Assembly: GCF_000025925.1 (NCBI RefSeq)
Contig: NC_014033.1
Location: 3,570,001-3,602,000, forward strand
Reading direction: 5' to 3'
From: Xylanibacter ruminicola 23
GTDB lineage: Bacteria > Bacteroidota > Bacteroidia > Bacteroidales > Bacteroidaceae
Length of the DNA: 32,000 bases
Part shown: in pieces, positions 14,284 to 22,807 of the stretch
How the letters are laid out: each line of letters begins with the position of its first letter
Position numbering within the stretch: the stretch's first letter is position 1
Position numbers and translations under genes: made by a program
Notes under the pieces: model-generated
Told to the model about the DNA's origin: nothing
The model's database searches: none
What the model saw: the letters and a program-made list of their open reading frames with translations, nothing else

Positions 14284-16091
14284 CGTTGATTTAAATCTTT
14301 TGTAGCGGCTTGCAGAATGGCTTGGGCAATAGTGATATCGCCCTTACCTGTGGTAACACGCTGACTGTACAGGTCGAATACCGTCAATCCCGTACTATCT
14401 ACCATCGAATATCCTTCGGTAAAGGTATGCATGGCCACGGGGTGGGTATAGGTGCTGCTGAGCACATCGCGACTAAACGTGTAATCGCTATGCGACAGAC
14501 CTAACTGGGCTAACAGCGTAGCGGGCAGGTCGGTCTGATTGCAGATGGTATCGATACGGCGAGGCGCTTTTACGGCGCCGCCAACCCAAATCATCGGGAT
14601 GCGATTGCGTAGCGGATGCTGTTCGTCGTACGCTTTGTAGTTGATGCCGTGATCGGGCAGCAGCACAATCAGCGTATTCTTCCAGGCCTCTGTGCGGCGC
14701 AGTTTGGTTACGAAATCGCCAATACACTGGTCGAGATAATAGAAAGCATTCAGAATCTCGTCGTCGAAATGCTTGATGGGCACATCCCAAGGCTCATGAC
14801 TGCTCAGCGAAGAGTAGCCAATGAGATAAGGCGATGGGAGGGTGGTGGCCATATCATACAGGGTGCCGAAGGTGATGTCATCGCGTACACCCCATTCGGC
14901 TGATTTCTGTTCGGCTGTTGTATAGTCGGCCTTCCAGGTAAGCTGGTCGAACCCGCCGCTAATCAGATAGCTGCGCATGTTGGTAAAATTGATGTCGCCA
15001 CCATACAGATAGTGGGTGTTGTACTGCTTCTCGTCGCGTAGCGAACGGGCGATACAAGGCAGGGTGCGCGATTTGGCGGGCAACTTCATTACCGACGTGT
15101 TGGGGAACGAGGGGTAGCCGCTATAGGTACACAGGGTGCCGCGATCGGTGCGCCATGAGTTGGCATAGCAGTTGGTAAAGTAAACACCTTCGGTAGCCAA
15201 CTTGTTGAGGTTGGGGGTGATATCCTGGCGACCGCTGAGTTCGGTAAACTCACCGCCGAGACTCTCCATCAGTATCACAATGATGTTAGGGGTTGGGGTG
15301 TTCAACAGGGTATCGCTATCTACACTCTCGGTGTTATACAGCTTGTTGATAATCTGTTGGCAGTCCTCGTCGCTCATGTAGTTGTAGCTCTCTACCTCGC
15401 CCGTTTTCTCTAGCGAAGCCAGGAAACTGAAAACGGGATTAACAGCCGAGTGGTTGAGGAACTGATTCTGTGAATAGTACACCTGACCGATATTGGTGGT
15501 TGATTCGTCTAAGCCACCACGAATACCGATAACTATCAATGGTGCCATGACCAGGAAAGTAACCAGGCTGATGACTGCTGTTTTGAGTGAACTCTTCAGT
15601 GGGCTGGTGCCTTTCAGACTGCATAAGGCGTTAGCATAACCCTTATAGATAATTACAGCCGTAACTACTAATGCTACGAATCGCCAGATGAGATAGACGA
15701 TAGAGACGCTGGCTGTAGCCTCGTTGGGTGTTTCGAGATACTGCAGGCACGAGGCATCGAGCTTGAATGCCCAGAAGGGATAAAGACTGGTGTCGGCCAC
15801 AAAAGCCAAAGCAAAGGCGATGGCTATCAGGGCGTAATACCCTTTCAGAATGCGGAACAGCCATTGGCCTGTGTACCACATGCTGACGATGGTGGCGAGA
15901 AAAGGTACAATAAAGAAATAAAGGGCTGTTGATAAGTCGAGCGACAGTCCGTGCTGTACCACCTGCCACATATCGATAAACACGAACTCGTGTCCCTCTC
16001 GGCAGAAAAGCATAAATGCCAACTTGGCCAAGACGAACACAAGAACCGTCCAGAGGTACGTCTTTATCAGATAACTAACTCTGCATTTCAT
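14280..16091 (-). CDS. LtaS/OpgB-like membrane phosphotransferase (sulfatase / alkaline-phosphatase superfamily), paralogue 2
   Basis: Same architecture as paralogue 1. Contains IVILMESLGGEF, SWRTDRG (candidate nucleophile Thr) and VLLPDHGINY. It shares a 4-nt ATGA overlap with paralogue 1. Confidence 0.75.
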   Translation of the reverse strand: MKCRVSYLIKTYLWTVLVFVLAKLAFMLFCREGHEFVFIDMWQVVQHGLSLDLSTALYFFIVPFLATIVSMWYTGQWLFRILKGYYALIAIAFALAFVADTSLYPFWAFKLDASCLQYLETPNEATASVSIVYLIWRFVALVVTAVIIYKGYANALCSLKGTSPLKSSLKTAVISLVTFLVMAPLIVIGIRGGLDESTTNIGQVYYSQNQFLNHSAVNPVFSFLASLEKTGEVESYNYMSDEDCQQIINKLYNTESVDSDTLLNTPTPNIIVILMESLGGEFTELSGRQDITPNLNKLATEGVYFTNCYANSWRTDRGTLCTYSGYPSFPNTSVMKLPAKSRTLPCIARSLRDEKQYNTHYLYGGDINFTNMRSYLISGGFDQLTWKADYTTAEQKSAEWGVRDDITFGTLYDMATTLPSPYLIGYSSLSSHEPWDVPIKHFDDEILNAFYYLDQCIGDFVTKLRRTEAWKNTLIVLLPDHGINYKAYDEQHPLRNRIPMIWVGGAVKAPRRIDTICNQTDLPATLLAQLGLSHSDYTFSRDVLSSTYTHPVAMHTFTEGYSMVDSTGLTVFDLYSQRVTTGKGDITIAQAILQAATKDLNQR

Positions 16092-17901
16092 GTAACTTCT
16101 TGTAATAACCGTCGATATTCAACAGTTCATCGTGGGTGCCACGTTCTACTATCTTACCCTCGTGCAGTACGCAAATCTCGTCGGCATTCTTAATGGTGCT
16201 CAAACGGTGTGCGATGGCTACGGTAGTGCGGGTCTTCATCAGGCGCTCTAAGGCATCCTGCACCAGGCGCTCGCTCTCGGTATCGAGGGCCGAGGTGGCC
16301 TCGTCGAGAATCAGGATAGGTGGATTCTTCAGAATGGCACGAGCGATGCTGACACGCTGGCGCTGACCACCTGACAAACGACCACCGCGATCGCCTATAT
16401 TGGTATCGAAACCGTTCTCGGATGCCATGATGAAATCGTAGGCGTTGGCAATCTTGGCTGCTTCCTCAATCTGCTGCTGGGTGGCGTTATCCACACCGAA
16501 CGAGATGTTATTGCGGAACGAATCGTTAAAGAGAATAGCCTCCTGATTTACATTACCAATCAGCTGGCGCAGATCGTGAATGCCCAACTCCTTCACGTTG
16601 ATGCCATCGATGAGCACCTCGCCCTCCTGAACATCATAGTAACGGGGAATGAGATCTACCATCGTAGATTTTCCGCTACCACTCTGACCTACCAAAGCGA
16701 TGGTCTTGCCCTTGGGGATTACCAGGTTGATATCCTTCAATACCCACTGCTCGCCGTATTTGAACGATACGTGGCGGAACTCTATCTGGTGCTCGAAGTT
16801 AGCGATATGCTTGGGGGCTGCTGGCTCCTTAATGGTGTTCTCGGCCATCAGAATCTTATCAACACGTTCCATCGAAGCCAGTCCCTTGGGGATGTTATAA
16901 CCGGCTTTCGAGAAATCCTTCAATGGGTTGATAATCGAGTAGAGCATCACCATATAATAAATAAAGATAGGACCAGAGAGTGTGTGGTTGTTGAGTACCA
17001 ATACACCACCGAACCACAACACAATCACAATCATCACGGTACCCAGGAACTCCGACATAGGATGGGCCGACGACTGGCGGATGTTTACACGCATGATGTC
17101 GTTGCGATAGGCCGAGTTGATGGTGTCGAAACGCTTGTTCATCTTATCTTCGGCGCAGAAGGCCTTGATGATGCGCAAACCACCTAAGGTTTCCTCGACC
17201 TGACTCATGGTATCGCTCCAAAGCGCCTGAGCCTTGACCGATTGGGCTTTGAGCTTTCGACCAACCCAACCCATAAACCAACCCATGATGGGTACGATAA
17301 CCAGGGTGAACACGGTGAGCTGCCATGAGATAAACAGCAGCATGGTGAAATAGCCTACAATCAGGATGGGGTTCTTGAACAGCATCTCGAGACTCGACAT
17401 GATAGAGTTCTCAATCTCCTGTACATCGCCGCTCATACGAGCAATGATGTCGCCCTTGCGCTCCTCGCTGAAGAAACCTAATGGCAGGGTGTTTATCTTC
17501 TGGTACAACTGGTTGCGGATGTCGCGAACCACACCTGTGCGGATGGGCACGATGGTGGCCGACGACAGGAAGTAAGCACCCGTCTTCAGGAAAGTCATAA
17601 AGGCCAGGAAGAGGCCGATGATGAGCAGGGTGGTGGTAGGACCAAGATCGGCAATGAGGCTGTTAACGTAGTAGTTCATGTTGTTCATCAACACCTCCTG
17701 CGCATTTGCCCAATCCCATGCCATCAGTGCGGTTGCTGTGTCGCCATCGCCTGTCTTGAAGATAATCTGCAAGATAGGTATCAGGGCTGCAAACGAGAAG
17801 ACATTCAGGATAACCGATAGGATATTGAACACTACCGATGCCACCAGATATTTTTTGTAAGGAGGTACAAACCGCCTCAGTACGTTCAGGAACTCTTTCA
17901 T
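16075..17901 (-). CDS. msbA: ABC transporter, fused permease/ATPase, MsbA-type lipid exporter
   Basis: Six-TM type I exporter domain followed by Walker A GQSGSGKST, signature LSGGQRQR and Walker B ILILDEATSALD. The MsbA assignment is inferred from the LPS-gene context. Confidence 0.75.
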   Translation of the reverse strand: MKEFLNVLRRFVPPYKKYLVASVVFNILSVILNVFSFAALIPILQIIFKTGDGDTATALMAWDWANAQEVLMNNMNYYVNSLIADLGPTTTLLIIGLFLAFMTFLKTGAYFLSSATIVPIRTGVVRDIRNQLYQKINTLPLGFFSEERKGDIIARMSGDVQEIENSIMSSLEMLFKNPILIVGYFTMLLFISWQLTVFTLVIVPIMGWFMGWVGRKLKAQSVKAQALWSDTMSQVEETLGGLRIIKAFCAEDKMNKRFDTINSAYRNDIMRVNIRQSSAHPMSEFLGTVMIVIVLWFGGVLVLNNHTLSGPIFIYYMVMLYSIINPLKDFSKAGYNIPKGLASMERVDKILMAENTIKEPAAPKHIANFEHQIEFRHVSFKYGEQWVLKDINLVIPKGKTIALVGQSGSGKSTMVDLIPRYYDVQEGEVLIDGINVKELGIHDLRQLIGNVNQEAILFNDSFRNNISFGVDNATQQQIEEAAKIANAYDFIMASENGFDTNIGDRGGRLSGGQRQRVSIARAILKNPPILILDEATSALDTESERLVQDALERLMKTRTTVAIAHRLSTIKNADEICVLHEGKIVERGTHDELLNIDGYYKKLHEMQS

Positions 17902-17905
17902 TTAT

Positions 17906-17933
17906 CTATTTGACGATTTACTATTTGACGATT
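17906..17933. repeat. 13-bp direct repeat CTATTTGACGATT x2 (period 15) at the miaB stop / msbA start junction
   Basis: Read directly: 17906-17918 equals 17921-17933. The second copy encodes the last miaB codons plus the stop. Confidence 0.9.
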
Positions 17934-19258
17934 GCTTCGCCCAGAAGCGTGGCGCTGGTGCTACCAGTGATTCTTACGCGAACGGTTTCGCCGATATGGT
18001 GAGTACCCTTATCGAAGACTACCATCTTGTTCTGTTCGGTACGACCGCAAAGCTGCTCACGACTGCGCTTTGAGAAGCCCTCAACCAGCACGTCGAACTC
18101 CTTGCCCTCGTCCTTCTTGTTCTGGATGGCACTCATCTCGGTCTGTAGCGCGATGAGCTCGTTCAGTCTGCGAATCTTCTCCTCCTCGGGCACATCGTCG
18201 GGCAGGTGCTTCGAAGCGTAAGTGCCTGGGCGCTCGGAGTATTTGAACATAAAGGCAGAATCGTAACCCACCTCGCGCATCAGGTCGAGCGACAGCTGGT
18301 GGTCTTCCTCTGTCTCGGAGTGATAACCTACAAAGATATCGGTAGAAAGACCGCAATCGGGGATGATACGACGGATGGCATGTACGCGATCCATGTACCA
18401 CTCGCGGGTGTATTTGCGGTTCATCAACTTCAAGATACGATCGCTACCACTCTGTACAGGCAGGTGGATGTGCTTGCAAACGTTGGGCACTTCGGCAATC
18501 ACCTTCAGGGTTTCATCGCTCATATCCTTAGGGTGCGAAGTGGTGAAGCGCACACGCATGGTGGGCACCTCTTCGGCCACTCTGCGCAATAGGGTGGGGA
18601 AGTCGGTATCCTCGAACTTATACGAGTTTACGTTCTGTCCCAACAGGGTTACCTCCTTAAATCCCTTATCGCGCAGGTCGCGAACCTCACGCAGGATGCT
18701 CTCTACATCGCGACTGCGCTCACGACCACGGGTGTAAGGCACAATGCAGTAGTGGCAGAAATTGTTGCAACCACGCATAATACTTACAAAACCGCCAATC
18801 TTATGTCCGATGCCGATACGCTGTGGTACCACATCCTTATAAGTCTCGCTGGTAGAGAGTTCGGTATTCATGGCTTTGTGTCCCAGTTCGGCCTGAGCAA
18901 TCAGGTCGGGCAGCGACAGATAAGCGTCGGGACCTGCCACCAGGTCGGCAAAGTGATTATCAAGCAAATCGCGCTGAGCTCTCTCTGCCATACAACCAAG
19001 TACACCAAGAATCATTTTGGGAGCTTCGGGATTGCTCTTCAGTCGGCGGCGACGCTCAGCATCCAGCGCTTCCAAACGGTGATAAATCTTCTGCTCGGCG
19101 TTATCTCTAACAGAGCAGGTGTTCAGGAATACAGCATCGGCCTCGTCGATGGTCTCGGTGGTTTCGTAACCAGCCATCTGCATCACCGATGCAACAACTT
19201 CAGAATCGGCCACATTCATCTGGCAGCCATACGTTTCAATATATAACTTCTTCATCAT
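17921..19258 (-). CDS. miaB: tRNA (i6A37) methylthiotransferase MiaB (radical SAM)
   Basis: Contains MMKKLYIETYGCQMNVADSE (UPF0004 domain), CNNFCHYCIVPYTRG (CxxxCxxC) and a C-terminal TRAM-like region. The upstream extension to 19333 is rejected. Confidence 0.9.
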   Translation of the reverse strand: MMKKLYIETYGCQMNVADSEVVASVMQMAGYETTETIDEADAVFLNTCSVRDNAEQKIYHRLEALDAERRRRLKSNPEAPKMILGVLGCMAERAQRDLLDNHFADLVAGPDAYLSLPDLIAQAELGHKAMNTELSTSETYKDVVPQRIGIGHKIGGFVSIMRGCNNFCHYCIVPYTRGRERSRDVESILREVRDLRDKGFKEVTLLGQNVNSYKFEDTDFPTLLRRVAEEVPTMRVRFTTSHPKDMSDETLKVIAEVPNVCKHIHLPVQSGSDRILKLMNRKYTREWYMDRVHAIRRIIPDCGLSTDIFVGYHSETEEDHQLSLDLMREVGYDSAFMFKYSERPGTYASKHLPDDVPEEEKIRRLNELIALQTEMSAIQNKKDEGKEFDVLVEGFSKRSREQLCGRTEQNKMVVFDKGTHHIGETVRVRITGSTSATLLGEAIVK

Positions 19259-19274
19259 GCAAAGTATAAACAGG

Positions 19275-20615
19275 TTAAATAATAGGTAGCGATATACCGT
19301 TAATCTTCTGGAACACATCAAGTGCATACACATCGGTCATACCGCTGATATAATCGATAATCGCCATGATACGCGTTTCAAGGTCGGGCGCATCAATATC
19401 ATACTGACTCGACACACGACTGATCAGGTGCTTAGAGTAAAAACGCTCGGGATGAACAGCGGCATTGATAAACTTCTCCATCAGCGTCTGGATAATCTGA
19501 TAACCCGACAGCTCTACATCGAGTACGGGACGACTCTTGTAGATGTGCTGAACCGAGAGCTCGCAACAACGCTTATAGGCATTCTGCGGCAGGTCGCTGA
19601 TATGATCAATCAAACTGCCTTGGAAATCGCCGCTCAATATCTCGTCCTCGTGCTCAACAAACACGCGTACACACTCATTCTCGAGTTTGCCAATCACGCA
19701 GGCTCGCAGATATACAATCTTTTCGTTATTATCATTTACACCTTCCTCAACAATGCGGTTCTGGATACGGGCCTGGGTCTCCTCGTCGAAGAATCCCAAC
19801 AGCAACTGCATGGTGTCGGCGTGCGAAATAATTTTAAGTTTGTGGGCATCCTCAAGGTCCATAATCTCGTAGCAGATATCGTCGGCTGCCTCAACAAGAT
19901 ACACCAGCGGATGACGGGCATAACGCAAGGGTTCGCCCACTTCTGATTTACAAGGGATGCCTAATTCGTCGGCAATGCGACGGTAATATGTCTTCTCGGA
20001 ATCAAAGAATCCGAACTTGCCTTTCTTGCCGGCAGCACTCGATGAGAATGGATACTTAACAATGCTAGCAAGTGTAGAATAAGTCATGACAAATCCTCCC
20101 GGACGGCGACCTTTGAACTGATGCGTTAACAAACGGAACGCATTGGCGTTACCCTCAAAATGGGTAAGGTCGTTCCAGAAGTTGGCACTTACCTGGCGCT
20201 GCAGGTCGTAACCGGCACCTTCGGTAAAGAACGACTGGATGGCTTTCTCGCCGCTATGACCAAAGGGCGGGTTGCCTAAATCGTGTGCCAAGCAGGCGGT
20301 GGCTACAATCTGACCAATCTCCTGAAACAGCTGGTCCTTCAGCTCAGGATGCTTCTTGGTAAGTTGGGCAGCCACATCGTTTCCAAGCGACATACCCACG
20401 CTGGCCACCTCGAGTGAGTGGGTCAGACGGTTGTGCACAAAGATACTTCCCGGGAGTGGAAATACCTGGGTTTTGTTCTGCAAACGACGGAACGGAGCAG
20501 AGAAAATCAAACGGTCGTAATCGCGCTTGAACTCTGTTCGGTCGTCGTGGCGCTCAGGATGACGATGCTCCTGACCGAGACGCTTGTTCGATATCAGTTG
20601 TTGCCAATTCATCAT
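19275..20615 (-). CDS. dgt: dGTP triphosphohydrolase-like HD-domain protein
   Basis: Contains FKRDYDRLIFSAPFRRLQNKTQVF, HSLEVASVG and AHDLGNPPFGHSGE, the classic Dgt family motifs. Confidence 0.9.
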   Translation of the reverse strand: MMNWQQLISNKRLGQEHRHPERHDDRTEFKRDYDRLIFSAPFRRLQNKTQVFPLPGSIFVHNRLTHSLEVASVGMSLGNDVAAQLTKKHPELKDQLFQEIGQIVATACLAHDLGNPPFGHSGEKAIQSFFTEGAGYDLQRQVSANFWNDLTHFEGNANAFRLLTHQFKGRRPGGFVMTYSTLASIVKYPFSSSAAGKKGKFGFFDSEKTYYRRIADELGIPCKSEVGEPLRYARHPLVYLVEAADDICYEIMDLEDAHKLKIISHADTMQLLLGFFDEETQARIQNRIVEEGVNDNNEKIVYLRACVIGKLENECVRVFVEHEDEILSGDFQGSLIDHISDLPQNAYKRCCELSVQHIYKSRPVLDVELSGYQIIQTLMEKFINAAVHPERFYSKHLISRVSSQYDIDAPDLETRIMAIIDYISGMTDVYALDVFQKINGISLPII

Positions 20616-20625
20616 AATCAGGGTG

Positions 20626-20633
20626 CAAAGGTA
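20626..20633 (-). promoter_or_regulatory. -7 promoter box (TACCTTTG on minus strand) for the dgt-miaB-msbA-ltaS-ltaS unit
   Basis: Exact TAnnTTTG 10 nt upstream of the ATG at 20615. Confidence 0.55.
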
Positions 20634-20727
20634 CGAAAAATACGCGCAGTAGCGGCATATTTCGCAGAAATTAACGAAAAAATCAAAAAATTAGTCGCCG
20701 AAAGGGTGATTTCTAAGCTAAAAGCAC

Positions 20728-20735
20728 TACCTTTG
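20728..20735 (+). promoter_or_regulatory. -7 promoter box (TACCTTTG) for the dut operon
   Basis: Exact TAnnTTTG 28 nt upstream of the ATG at 20764. Confidence 0.6.
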
Positions 20736-20763
20736 CACGTGGATTAAAATATTATTTTAAAAG

Positions 20764-21201
20764 ATGCTGAAAATTAAAGTCGTAAACAAAGGTCACCAGC
20801 CCTTGCCGCAGTATGCTACTGCGCAGAGTGCCGGTATGGATCTGAGAGCTAATATAGATGAACCCATCACCCTGAAACCGCTGGAGCGCCGACTCATCCC
20901 AACAGGCTTGCATATTGCTTTGCCTGTAGGTTATGAGGCACAGGTACGTCCTCGTAGCGGTTTGGCATTAAAGAAGGGTATCACCGTACTGAACACCCCA
21001 GGTACTATCGATGCCGACTATCGTGGCGAGATAGGTGTGGTTCTTATCAACCTGTCGAACGAGGACTTTGTTGTTGAGGATGGTGAGCGTATTGCCCAGA
21101 TGGTGATTGCACGTCACGAGCAGGGTGAGTTCGTATCGGTAGAGGTTCTGGATGAGACCGAACGTGGCGAAGGTGGTTATGGTCATACTGGCGTGAAGTA
21201 G
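20764..21201 (+). CDS. dut: dUTP diphosphatase
   Basis: 145 aa. Contains [27 protein letters not shown] and C-terminal [10 protein letters not shown]. Confidence 0.95.
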   Translation: MLKIKVVNKGHQPLPQYATAQSAGMDLRANIDEPITLKPLERRLIPTGLHIALPVGYEAQVRPRSGLALKKGITVLNTPGTIDADYRGEIGVVLINLSNEDFVVEDGERIAQMVIARHEQGEFVSVEVLDETERGEGGYGHTGVK

Positions 21202-21205
21202 AATC

Positions 21206-22807
21206 ATGATGCGAATGAAGAAAATCGGACTGTCGTTATTGTTACTGCTTTCTGTAACCACTGGTTACGGACAGCGTGAGTACGACCAGTTCTTTCTTGA
21301 AGCCATGATGCAGCGCCAGAAGGGTAACAACGATGCAGCCTTTGATTTGCTGCGTCATTGTCTGGAGATTAATCCCGATGCCCCCGAGGCGTACTACTTT
21401 TTGGCACAGTACTATAACGCCCTGAAGGATGGCGAGAAAAGTCTGGCATATATCCAGAAGGCGGCTGCACTCGATCCGGATAACGCTACCTATATGGAAA
21501 CATTGGCACAGGCGTACATCCGTCAGCAGGATTATGAAGCTGCCATCCCTGTTGTGGAGAAGATCTATGAGCGCGACAAAGAGCGTGAGGACTTGCTGGA
21601 GATGCTGTTCCAACTGTATCAGCAGGTGGGCGATTTCGATTCGGCCGTAGAGGTGCTGAACCGTATCGAAGCCATCGATGGCAAGAGCGAACGCCTGTCG
21701 GTAGCCAAGAGCGAGATATATACCCGTCAGGGGAACAAGAAAGCGGCCATTGCCGAGATAAAGGCTTTGGCAGAGAAATTCCCCAACGATGGTAATTATC
21801 AGGCTTTGTATGGTGAGACGCTGATGATGAACGGACAGCTGAAAAAGGCACTGAAGGTGTACGACAAGATTCTGAAAGATGAACCTGATAACAATCGTGT
21901 GCTGATGTCGCTGCGTACCTATCATCAGGCTTTAGGGCATCGTGAGATAGCCGACTCGCTGACTGAACGTGTGCTGCTGAATCGTAATGCCACCATTGAG
22001 GAAAAGATACTGCTGTTGCGACAGGAGATTTCGGCCAGCGAGAATGCGGGCGGCGATAGTACCCGTGTGCTGCAGCTGTTTGATAAGATTCTGAAACAGC
22101 CTCAGACCGATGAGCACATGGCTATTCTCTGTGCCTCGTATATGAACGTGAAGAAGATGCCGAAGGATACCATCGCTACGGTGCTGACGAAGGCTTTGCA
22201 ACTGGCGCCCGATAACTCGTCGGCCCGTTTGCAGTTGATTGGTTATGCCTGGGAGGCTGATGATATGGAGCGCGTGATTGCACTCTGTCAGGATGCCCGA
22301 CAGTATAATCCCGACGAGATGGCCTTTTATTACTATCAAGGTATCGCCTACTATCGTCGTGACAGTCTTGATGCCGCCCTTTCTACCTTTAAGAATGGTA
22401 TCGGCGTGATTAAGGAGGACAGTGATCCTGCTATCGTATCCGATTTCTATGCGGTGATGGGCGACATCCTGCATCAGAAGGGCTTGATGAAAGAGGCCTA
22501 CGAGGCTTATGATAGTTGCTTGCAATGGAAAGATGATAATATGGGCTGTTTAAATAACTATGCCTACTTCTTAAGCGAAAGTGGTGAGCAGTTGGCTAAG
22601 GCCGAGCAGATGAGTTTTAAAACCGTGAAGGCTGAGCCTAAGAATGCTACCTACTTAGATACCTACGCTTGGATACTGTATATGCTGGGCCGCTACTCTG
22701 AGGCCAAGATATATATCGACCAGGCGTTACAGAATCTGGATGAGTCGATCGACAACTCTGTGATTCAGGAACATGCAGAAAAAATAAAACAAAAAGCAAA
22801 TCAATAA
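21206..22807 (+). CDS. Secreted tetratricopeptide-repeat protein
   Basis: Signal peptide MKKIGLSLLLLLSVTTGYGQ. Multiple TPR-like A-x-Y/A-L-x-x-P repeats. The start is ATG 21206, 21209 or 21215. Confidence 0.8.
   Translation: MMRMKKIGLSLLLLLSVTTGYGQREYDQFFLEAMMQRQKGNNDAAFDLLRHCLEINPDAPEAYYFLAQYYNALKDGEKSLAYIQKAAALDPDNATYMETLAQAYIRQQDYEAAIPVVEKIYERDKEREDLLEMLFQLYQQVGDFDSAVEVLNRIEAIDGKSERLSVAKSEIYTRQGNKKAAIAEIKALAEKFPNDGNYQALYGETLMMNGQLKKALKVYDKILKDEPDNNRVLMSLRTYHQALGHREIADSLTERVLLNRNATIEEKILLLRQEISASENAGGDSTRVLQLFDKILKQPQTDEHMAILCASYMNVKKMPKDTIATVLTKALQLAPDNSSARLQLIGYAWEADDMERVIALCQDARQYNPDEMAFYYYQGIAYYRRDSLDAALSTFKNGIGVIKEDSDPAIVSDFYAVMGDILHQKGLMKEAYEAYDSCLQWKDDNMGCLNNYAYFLSESGEQLAKAEQMSFKTVKAEPKNATYLDTYAWILYMLGRYSEAKIYIDQALQNLDESIDNSVIQEHAEKIKQKANQ

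Noticed and set aside
19259-19333. N-terminal extension of the miaB ORF (MCMHLMCSRR...)
   Set aside because: It overlaps the dgt 3' end. The canonical MiaB N-terminus (MKKLYIETYGCQMN) starts at 19258 or 19255.
19275-20615. dGTPase as an anti-phage dNTP-depletion defence gene
   Set aside because: The context is housekeeping: it is divergent from dut and co-directional with miaB and msbA. There are no neighbouring defence, mobile or hypervariable genes. The family motifs match ordinary Dgt-like proteins.
20418-20747. 109-aa plus-strand ORF spanning the dgt 5' end and the dgt/dut intergenic region
   Set aside because: It starts antisense inside dgt and runs across both promoter boxes. It has no motif and is most likely spurious.
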